DNA from: a virus
Length of the DNA: 64,000 nt
IMG/VR virus record: IMGVR_UViG_3300025115_000004
Span: 14,045-78,044 of that record
Strand: one strand, 5' to 3'
The notes under the pieces are model-generated. The model ran no database searches. It was given only the letters and a program-made list of their open reading frames with translations, and was not told the origin of the DNA. The position numbers and the translations under genes were made by a program. Below, piece by piece: positions 56,574 to 64,000 of this stretch (position 1 is its first letter; the number at the start of each line of letters is the position of its first letter).

Positions 56574-58947
56574 GATAACTTTTAAAACCATCAGTATAGA
56601 AGGGTTCAGAAGTTTTGTAATCCCACAGGAATTTAATTTCAATGTCCCGGGATTACATTTGATCAAAGGGACTAACGGGGCAGGTAAGACCACTTTATTC
56701 GAGGCCCTTATATGGTGTATCTACGGAACAAATCTGAAGGATACAGTACAGGACAAAATACCCTCATGGCCGGAGACTCGAACTAATTCATGGAGAGGTA
56801 CACGGGTGATGCTCACATTTGAACTTGATAAAGGAGAAGGACCTGTAACCTATCAAATTTGTAGGCATATAAATTTTCAGGGAGATACCCAAGGTTATAA
56901 GCCTATTGATAGGCTGATGATATTTTTAGGTAATGAACTTGTAGGTGGTGACTTAAATAAAGACGAAATTCAGGAACATATAGACCGGCTGATAGGAGTG
57001 GATAACCGAACCTTTCTCAACTCTGTTCTATTTGGTCAGAGAATGGCCAAACTGATTTCTCAGGATAATAAAGACAAGAGAGAGCTGTTTGAGGAACTCT
57101 TTGATATGGAGTGGGTCAAGGAGTTAAAGATTAAAGCAGATGCCCGGTTAGGTGCCTTACAAGAAGAACTGGTGTCTCTAGAGGTTAAACTTAAGGCAGA
57201 GCAGGTAAGACACAGAGCCCTTCAGGAGCATATCCTCACTAATCAGAATCTCTTGGATACTTATGAGAAGAGTAAGAATGAGAGGTTAGAGTCTGAGAGT
57301 AAAAGGCTTTCTGATTTGACCACTCTTAAAGGGGAAAATCAGAAGCAACTGCAGGTTCTACAGAAAGATTACGAGAGCGTAGACTACCCGAAGATACGTA
57401 CACAACATGAGACAATTAATAAAGCTCTTCAGAATCTTATAGAACAGGAAGCCAATCTAAGCAGGGAGATAGTTAGCGTAGAGAACGAAATTATGCGTAT
57501 GGATGCTACTATTGAACATCTAACGAATACTTTGGAGGAGAAAAAGGCCATCTTACAAGGTCTTAACACAGCCTCTCTTGTCGCTGATCTGAAGAATAAG
57601 ATCGCAGAAATACAACATAAATTTAAGGTAGAGCAGGCTCTTCAGAATGATTTGAAAATAAAGCTTCAAACTATCCCTACTAACGAGATGTATGTAGGCA
57701 AAAGTTTAGGATTGAAAGCTTTAGATACTAGGATATTCTCCCTCAAAGCTAGTATAGAAAGGAATAAGACGGAACTTGCAAAGCTTACATCCAGCACGTT
57801 TGAGATAGGTAACCATTGTTATACCTGTGGACAGGAATTAAAAGAAGGTAATAGGTTAACTGCAGAGGTTAACCAGAAGATAAGCGATCTCAGCAGATCA
57901 CTGCCTGTACAGGAGACAGAATTGGCCGAATTAGAGGGGGATAAGACAGGCTTAGGGCTTGTGCTTAATGCTATGGAGGCTTATTTCAACTCCATGGCTG
58001 AGTGTGATAAAAGGTATAGTCTCTTAACCGGGTACAAAGAACAGTTAACAGAAATTGAATCAGGGGCAACTGCTAGTATTCTCAATAAAGATATAAAAGA
58101 ACTTACGGCCCAGATAAACGATCTCATAATTCGGTCAAACGCTACCGTAGATAAGAAGGAGTCATTAGAGAATGACCTGAACGATTTACAGCTCCGTGTA
58201 GGAGATGAGGCTATGGAGGTAGACAATCTTGAGGCTATTATTGCTAAAGGAACCAAGATCGAGGGAGATATGGAGGTTTTGTCCAGAGATATAAAGGCAT
58301 CTGACTTACTTATCAGCGAAGTAGCCCGTATTATTGAACAGAAACAGAACGAAGAACCCCCACAGCTACGTATTGTAGAAATGAAAGAGGAGGAGCAGGT
58401 TCTGTCTAAGGATATTGAAGGCCTGACATTACTGATGTCCGAGAAAGAATCACAGGTAGAGATAGCTAAATGGTGGTCATCTAAAGCTCTGGGGGCTTCA
58501 GGCATCAAGGCGTATATCTTCAAGGCTATGCTCTCCCAGCTGAACCATAACATTAAGAAATACGGAGACCGGTTAGGGGTATCTATGGAGTTCTCTATTG
58601 ATCTGAGTAAAGCAAGTAAGCCCTTTACCACCACTTGTTCTTTAGGTGACAAAATTAACAAAGATTATAAAGAATTTTCGGGGGGACAGAAGCAGCGTCT
58701 CGATATTGTTCTTATATTTGCAATGTACGACCTGATTGCATCTAATTTTATATGTAACGTCCTATTGATGGATGAGATATTTGAGGGATTAGATGAGGAG
58801 GGTGAAGCAGTGGTCTTTGACCTTATAAGAACCAAGATGGAAGACGGTAAAGCAGTATTTATCATTGATCATTCAGTAACCATTGATTCCTTATACAGCA
58901 CCAAGATCGAATTTGAGTGTGTAGGAGGGATCACTAAAATAAAGTAA
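56566..58947 (+). CDS. SbcC/Rad50-like SMC ATPase
   Basis: GTNGAGKT, Q-loop FGQ, zinc hook CYTCGQ, FSGGQ, LMDE, IIDH. Confidence 0.92.
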   Translation: MHKITFKTISIEGFRSFVIPQEFNFNVPGLHLIKGTNGAGKTTLFEALIWCIYGTNLKDTVQDKIPSWPETRTNSWRGTRVMLTFELDKGEGPVTYQICRHINFQGDTQGYKPIDRLMIFLGNELVGGDLNKDEIQEHIDRLIGVDNRTFLNSVLFGQRMAKLISQDNKDKRELFEELFDMEWVKELKIKADARLGALQEELVSLEVKLKAEQVRHRALQEHILTNQNLLDTYEKSKNERLESESKRLSDLTTLKGENQKQLQVLQKDYESVDYPKIRTQHETINKALQNLIEQEANLSREIVSVENEIMRMDATIEHLTNTLEEKKAILQGLNTASLVADLKNKIAEIQHKFKVEQALQNDLKIKLQTIPTNEMYVGKSLGLKALDTRIFSLKASIERNKTELAKLTSSTFEIGNHCYTCGQELKEGNRLTAEVNQKISDLSRSLPVQETELAELEGDKTGLGLVLNAMEAYFNSMAECDKRYSLLTGYKEQLTEIESGATASILNKDIKELTAQINDLIIRSNATVDKKESLENDLNDLQLRVGDEAMEVDNLEAIIAKGTKIEGDMEVLSRDIKASDLLISEVARIIEQKQNEEPPQLRIVEMKEEEQVLSKDIEGLTLLMSEKESQVEIAKWWSSKALGASGIKAYIFKAMLSQLNHNIKKYGDRLGVSMEFSIDLSKASKPFTTTCSLGDKINKDYKEFSGGQKQRLDIVLIFAMYDLIASNFICNVLLMDEIFEGLDEEGEAVVFDLIRTKMEDGKAVFIIDHSVTIDSLYSTKIEFECVGGITKIK

Positions 58948-58948
58948 T

Positions 58949-59425
58949 ATGGAGGAGAAAACATTAGCAGCGAAAGAAGAAAGGCGTGAGACACGTTTCG
59001 AGCGCAGACTGAAAGATCGTAAGATTGACATCCTGAACAACATTGTCAATAGGTATTTAGCAGACCGAACTTACGTTACCTCACCTGAGGAGGGTGACGA
59101 GCTGTTTCGGAGGTATCGTGATGAATGGTATTACCAGTGCAGATTATTCAACAAAGGTAAGAAACCTTTCACACTCAAGCATGAAGCTTTCAAAGAGAGG
59201 GTTGATTATTTTGATCAGCAGCAGGCGTTAAAGGCAGCTAAGAAAGCTGAAGAGAAGCTCCAGAGGGATATCGACAGAGCTGTCAGGAATATAAGAAAAT
59301 GGAGTAAGAGCCAGTGGGTCCGCAATATTAAGTTCTGGATCATAGCCCGGGGGAACAAGCAGAAGATGGACCAATTATGGAGGGTCTACTGCACCACACA
59401 GATCATGCATGAGCAATCTAGCTGA
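58949..59425 (+). CDS. Basic hypothetical protein
   Basis: 158-aa ORF in the operon. Confidence 0.65.
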   Translation: MEEKTLAAKEERRETRFERRLKDRKIDILNNIVNRYLADRTYVTSPEEGDELFRRYRDEWYYQCRLFNKGKKPFTLKHEAFKERVDYFDQQQALKAAKKAEEKLQRDIDRAVRNIRKWSKSQWVRNIKFWIIARGNKQKMDQLWRVYCTTQIMHEQSS

Positions 59426-59972
59426 AGATTTATTCGGCCTAAAAGGGTCCCAGTCCATCAACTCGAAGCGTAAAGGGGATAAGAATGAACTTAACCTTGC
59501 TAAGCTTCTGGCTGAGTGGACTGGGAAAACCTTTCACAGGGTTCCCAAATCAGGGGGTCTTCGATGGAAGGATAATGCTAACGTTGTGGGTGACTTGTGT
59601 TGTGAGGATAACTCCTTCGATTTTGCTTTCAGTGTAGAGACCAAGCACGTAGCTTCACTAGGACTTAACGGCCCTATCCTCAGAAAAAATGCCAAGATAT
59701 TCACATACTTCGCTCAGTGTGAGCGGGATGCCAGCAGATTAGGTAGAGGCAAACTTCCTATTCTGATTATAAGGGAGAATGGGATGCCTAAGAATGAGTA
59801 TTGGGTATTTCTCCGTGTGGGTTCTACAATGTTTAACACCTTTAAGAACAAACTGGTTGTCAATTACGTTTCCAAGGATACAGACTTGATTGGGTTCAAA
59901 TTATCTCAGTTGATGAAGTATCCCTATGCACAGTTTATAACTTTTTATCATGAACAATCATATAATAGATAG
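59409..59972 (+). CDS. Holliday junction resolvase-like PD-(D/E)XK nuclease
   Basis: NSKRKG...E, RVP.SGG, GDL, VETK. Confidence 0.8.
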   Translation: MSNLAEDLFGLKGSQSINSKRKGDKNELNLAKLLAEWTGKTFHRVPKSGGLRWKDNANVVGDLCCEDNSFDFAFSVETKHVASLGLNGPILRKNAKIFTYFAQCERDASRLGRGKLPILIIRENGMPKNEYWVFLRVGSTMFNTFKNKLVVNYVSKDTDLIGFKLSQLMKYPYAQFITFYHEQSYNR

Positions 59973-60642
59973 GCTGACTTACCTTAAGAAGGTGGTGCCT
60001 GTAAGACAGATTCTACAGGACAATGAACCTGTAGTGGTTCTCCTTGATCCCGGACACGGAGGTCTGATTGACAGTAAATATGTTACCGCCCCCAATAAGA
60101 TGGCTAAACATCCTTTTGGTGAATTCTATGAGGGTCTGTGGAACAGAGTGGTAGTTTGGGCACACGCCCAAAAGCTGTTCCTCAGCAAGCACAATTACCA
60201 CATTATCGTTCCGGAAGATAAGGATGTGACAGTGTACGAGAGAGTCCGCAGAGCTGAGGCTATCGCCAGAGAGTTGAAGGGTAAGTATAAGTGTTATTAC
60301 CACTCGGTTCATGGTAACGCCTTTGGACTTGCAGATGTTAACGGTGTTGAGGTGTATACCAGTCCGGGATGGACCAAATCAGATGCTATTGCCACACTTT
60401 ACTATCAACAGCTTTTTAAACTTGGGTGGAAGATGCGGCCGGACTGGTCTGATGGTGATCCTGATAAAGAGGAGAGGTTTTATGTTCTAATGAACACTAC
60501 CATGCCTTCTATACTCTCCGAGACAGGTTTTTACACGAACCCTCAGGAGGTACAGAAAATGATCCAGCTGGGGACCATAAACAACATTTCAGATTTATTC
60601 CTACATGCTCATAATGAACTCTTAAAACTAAAATTGCTATGA
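59950..60642 (+). CDS. N-acetylmuramoyl-L-alanine amidase (Amidase_3 endolysin)
   Basis: LDPGHGG, E..WN, SVHGNA, GVEVY, PSILSETGF. Confidence 0.92.
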   Translation: MNNHIIDRLTYLKKVVPVRQILQDNEPVVVLLDPGHGGLIDSKYVTAPNKMAKHPFGEFYEGLWNRVVVWAHAQKLFLSKHNYHIIVPEDKDVTVYERVRRAEAIARELKGKYKCYYHSVHGNAFGLADVNGVEVYTSPGWTKSDAIATLYYQQLFKLGWKMRPDWSDGDPDKEERFYVLMNTTMPSILSETGFYTNPQEVQKMIQLGTINNISDLFLHAHNELLKLKLL

Positions 60643-61361
60643 AGAAACTTATAAACAGGGTGCTTATAGCCCTAGCCTTCTCTGCTCTTACCTTCGGTAC
60701 CATAGTTTTAATTAACCATGTACTCAAAGCACAAATAGAGGCAGAGAAAGAAATCCTCAGTCTTAAAGGCCTTAACGAGACCATGAGTACTTTGATTACC
60801 TCACAGGGTAGGAAGATAGCTCAGCAGGATCAGCATATTTTCACCTTGGATGAGGCTAGAAAGGCTGGCCTTATCACGATAGAGGAGCTGAAGATGAATA
60901 ATCTGAAGTCAGCTACCACCATCATCAGGCTGGAGAATAAGATTAAAAGACTTGAACTAGAGTTATCCTACACCACCAAACCGGAGGTGATATATGACAC
61001 TATTTATGTGAAAGATACTTCCTATGTAGCCAGTTACCTCAGAGTCCCTCTAGGGTTTAAATTTAATGATCCTTGGACGGATATATCAGGTGTGGTTAAG
61101 ACAACCGGTGTCACTATTGACTCAATTTCTATGTTGAGTAAAGGCACCATTATGATGGGATATTCCCGGGGTTATTTCCGTAAGAGTAAACCTATTATAA
61201 GTTACGCAGACGAGAATCCCTACGTTACCACGACATCTATGCAGAATGTGGTTATCGTGCAGCAGCCTCCTTTTTATAAACGGCCGATGTGGTATCGGAT
61301 GGAGGGTGCGCTGGCTTCCTATTTAGTGATAAGGGGGGCGCAGCGAGTTATTAACCAATAA
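60639..61361 (+). CDS. Membrane-anchored coiled-coil protein, spanin-like
   Basis: N-terminal TM, coiled coil, F.DPW..ISG, NPY; follows the amidase. Confidence 0.55.
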   Translation: MKKLINRVLIALAFSALTFGTIVLINHVLKAQIEAEKEILSLKGLNETMSTLITSQGRKIAQQDQHIFTLDEARKAGLITIEELKMNNLKSATTIIRLENKIKRLELELSYTTKPEVIYDTIYVKDTSYVASYLRVPLGFKFNDPWTDISGVVKTTGVTIDSISMLSKGTIMMGYSRGYFRKSKPIISYADENPYVTTTSMQNVVIVQQPPFYKRPMWYRMEGALASYLVIRGAQRVINQ

Positions 61362-61369
61362 ATAAAATC

Positions 61370-61939
61370 ATGAAAAGATTGATGTTATCTGGTATGTTGT
61401 CTCTTATTTGTGTGATTCTTATGGCTCCTTCCCTTCCCTTTGAGTGGCGAGAGTCCACATCTGTCAACCTCTATGAAAGGTATATGAGAGATGTGGCTGA
61501 CATGAAAAGGAAAGAAGCATTTGATGCGTTTAAGCATCGTCTGGGCTTCAGGGAGAGTGGCAATAACCCACACGCAGTTAATCCCCTCGGGTATATAGGG
61601 GAGTGGCAGTTTGGTGCCGCAGCTCTTAAAGATGTAGGCAGGTCCGTATCTATTAGGGCCTTCCATCGTGATCCCAGTATATGGACCAGAGAGCAGCAGG
61701 AAGAAGACCTAGAAACCCTCATTAATCTTAATGCCATCAGGCTTCAGTGGTATATCAACCATTTTGATGGCAAGATTGTGAGAGGGGTCTTGGTCACTAA
61801 AAGCGGTATATTAGCTGCAGCGCACCTAGCCGGGGCTAAGGGGGTGATGAACTGGTTTAATACCGGTTATAACCCTAAGGATTATTTTGGAACCAAACTA
61901 ACAGATTACATGATCCAATTCATTGGATATGAATTCTAA
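61370..61939 (+). CDS. Lysozyme/lytic transglycosylase-like protein with N-terminal signal/anchor
   Basis: FRESGNN..AVN.LGYIG.WQFG; SGILAAAHLAG. Confidence 0.78.
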   Translation: MKRLMLSGMLSLICVILMAPSLPFEWRESTSVNLYERYMRDVADMKRKEAFDAFKHRLGFRESGNNPHAVNPLGYIGEWQFGAAALKDVGRSVSIRAFHRDPSIWTREQQEEDLETLINLNAIRLQWYINHFDGKIVRGVLVTKSGILAAAHLAGAKGVMNWFNTGYNPKDYFGTKLTDYMIQFIGYEF

Positions 61940-62405
61940 ACCAGTGTTGAATGTTCATTGTGATGGTTCGTGCTATCACAAGGATGGCAGGATGGGGATG
62001 GGCTTTGCCGGATTTATTGGAGACGACAAAAAACCAACCTTTAAACGGGTGATTTCCTCAGGGGATCAAACCGGTAGCAGTAACGAGGCTGAGTATAGAG
62101 CGGTAATAGCCGCTCTTACTTACCTTGTTAACCAGTTAGACAGGCTAAGCATCTACTCTGAAATCATTATTTATGGTGATAGTGAACTTACGATGAGACA
62201 ATTGAGTTTCATTTACAAGGTAAATAAACCTGAGCTTAAGGTGCTTCATCGTCAGGCTATAGAACTTACCGAAAAGATTGAACAGAAGATACCCCTACAC
62301 TTTGCATGGGTGTCTCGTGAGAACTACAGGCAACGGAAAGTAGATGTGTTATCAAAACAAGGAAATAACTATTTTAAAGATAAATATGAGAGAACTGAGA
62401 GGTGA
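61929..62405 (+). CDS. Ribonuclease HI
   Basis: DGS, NEAEY, GDSEL, W..RE...VD.LS. Confidence 0.88.
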   Translation: MNSKPVLNVHCDGSCYHKDGRMGMGFAGFIGDDKKPTFKRVISSGDQTGSSNEAEYRAVIAALTYLVNQLDRLSIYSEIIIYGDSELTMRQLSFIYKVNKPELKVLHRQAIELTEKIEQKIPLHFAWVSRENYRQRKVDVLSKQGNNYFKDKYERTER

Positions 62406-63744
62406 CCAGCCGAGGGCATTTGAGGCCCTAAAAACATTTCTGGATAGAGAGAAGGGGGGAATGTTCCTATTATCAGGGCATGCAGGTACGGGTAAAACCT
62501 ATTTAATGTTCGATATCTACTGGTATATCAGCACATTGTGTACGGCCAGTAAGTCTGTAATATTCACAGCACCTACTAACAAAGCTGTTCGGGTGATGAA
62601 GACAAACATCAACAATGAACAGGTATCGGTGGTCACTACACATCGTGCCTTGGGTATGAAAGAGAATATCACAGACGCAGGGGCATTAACTTTTGTGCCT
62701 GACACTACACAGGAGGCCCTAGCAGCTCGTTACAATGCTGTAGTTGTAGATGAGGCCTCCATGATCGATGACTCGCTCTTTTGGCCTCTTTTAAGCCTTT
62801 CTGAGGCAGGTAAGAAAATTATATTCGTGGGGGATGCTTACCAGATACCTCCAGTGAACTATGAATACGCCTTACCCTTTGAGGTCGATATCCAAAAGGA
62901 GCATAATATTGAAGTGTTCACAATGGAGGAAATTATCAGGCAGAAACAAGGTAACCCGATAATAGAGTTAGCTCAACATATAAGGAACAATATATACAGC
63001 CGTAAGCTTGAGATCAGTAGGGAAGAACATAACTGCGAAGAGGGAAGCATAGCTTATATACCTGCTAGACAGGTTAGTGCTTTCTTGAAAGAGACTATTC
63101 TTCCTATGTACAAGTCAGAGGCATATAAGAACAGTCTGGACTATGTTAAAGTGATTGCTTGGACTAATGACACCGTGAATAGGTATAATAGAGCTATCCG
63201 TAATTATATTTTCGGGGAAAAGTTGGGTATGATTATTCCCGGGGATAATCTAATAGCGGACTCTCCTATATTCGAAAGAGATAAGAAGACTATTGCAATC
63301 ATCACCAACAGTGAGATGACCGTGACTGGAGTGGAATTGGATGTGGAAAAGATAGGAGATGACTGCTTAATTAAGTACTATAAAGCACATGTACGGGTAT
63401 TTGATAACCCTAGGTATAATCAGTACGTGCTTCGAATCGTTCATGAGGAGTCGCTTAAGAACTATGGAGAGCTGCTGAAGCTACAGGCTAATATGGCTAG
63501 GTCTTATCCTAAAGGTAGTCATATAGCTAAAACTGCTTGGAGGGACTATTATGACTTCATAAAGAGCTGGGCTCAGGTAAAGTATTCTTACTGTATCACA
63601 GCTCATAAAGCTCAGGGCAGTACCTATAACACAGCCTGTGTTCTTGAATACGATATACGAAAAAACCCCTTAGAGTACGAGAGAAACAGAATCATGTACA
63701 CAAGTTTTACCAGACCATCTAAAAGGCTATATGTAATACATTAA
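62386..63744 (+). CDS. Dda/RecD-like SF1B helicase
   Basis: GHAGTGKT, APTNKA, DEASM, GD..QIPPV, TAHKAQGSTY, YT..TR. Confidence 0.92.
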   Translation: MRELRGDQPRAFEALKTFLDREKGGMFLLSGHAGTGKTYLMFDIYWYISTLCTASKSVIFTAPTNKAVRVMKTNINNEQVSVVTTHRALGMKENITDAGALTFVPDTTQEALAARYNAVVVDEASMIDDSLFWPLLSLSEAGKKIIFVGDAYQIPPVNYEYALPFEVDIQKEHNIEVFTMEEIIRQKQGNPIIELAQHIRNNIYSRKLEISREEHNCEEGSIAYIPARQVSAFLKETILPMYKSEAYKNSLDYVKVIAWTNDTVNRYNRAIRNYIFGEKLGMIIPGDNLIADSPIFERDKKTIAIITNSEMTVTGVELDVEKIGDDCLIKYYKAHVRVFDNPRYNQYVLRIVHEESLKNYGELLKLQANMARSYPKGSHIAKTAWRDYYDFIKSWAQVKYSYCITAHKAQGSTYNTACVLEYDIRKNPLEYERNRIMYTSFTRPSKRLYVIH

Positions 63745-63868
63745 ACAACTTATATGATACACAATTTTTGCAAAAAAATGTCAGTGGCATCAAATTAGAA
63801 AAGGATCATCAACAAATATTAGGCGCAGAACTTATTAGGATTTAATCACGAAATAAAAATTAATAGCG

Positions 63869-64000
63869 ATGAAGCAGAAAAGTTTATTTGAAAATGCAGA
63901 GTTTGATTTACCACAGAACCCCGCATTGCGTATATGCGATGTTGTGTGCAGTTGCGGCTTTTCAGACGAAAGCCCCAAAGCTCTTTTTTTTATTGAGCAA
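63869..64000 (+). CDS. Partial ORF running off the window end
   Basis: MKQKSLFENAEFDLPQNPALRICDVVCS..., open to base 64000. Confidence 0.45.
   Translation, partial: MKQKSLFENAEFDLPQNPALRICDVVCSCGFSDESPKALFFIEQ

Noticed and set aside
63754-63838. Possible frameshifted CxxC microgene (A7 run; A6 would read FCKKCQWH)
   Set aside because: Even when corrected it is only about 27 aa; cannot be supported without reads or homologues
1-64000. Stop-codon reassignment as in some crAss-like phages
   Set aside because: Long genes are intact in code 11, and TAG and TGA end genes at normal boundaries (e.g. 13372, 16375, 24069, 38595)

Overview
A 64-kb segment of a lytic-looking, podovirus-type dsDNA phage of Bacteroidota, with a crAss-like structural gene order and the standard genetic code. 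Bases 1-5.3 kb hold minus-strand early/accessory genes, including a Tad1-like anti-defence sponge fused to a second domain, a divergent RyR-domain protein, secreted proteins and a promoter-driven structured ncRNA candidate. Bases 5.3-5.8 kb are a divergent control region with eight phased 21-bp palindromes and two IHF-consensus sites, directly upstream of a ribbon-helix-helix gene. Bases 5.8-45.3 kb are plus-strand packaging and virion genes: TerL, portal, scaffold-like protein, major capsid protein, three ring-like proteins, a 1585-aa muzzle-like protein, IHF/HU, three ejected/cargo proteins (one a 2347-aa polyvalent protein with ART-, RelA/SpoT- and DUF3293-like domains), modular fibres and holin-like genes. 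Bases 45.3-64 kb are replication/recombination genes (DnaB-like helicase, primase, SF2 helicase, PolA with a UDG-like N-terminus, SSB, NinB, SbcCD, resolvase, RNase H, Dda/RecD) with an amidase, a spanin-like gene and a lysozyme-like gene embedded among them. Bacteroidota TAnnTTTG promoters precede most operons, and CCWGG appears strongly avoided. All family assignments come from motif recognition by eye; no database searches were run.
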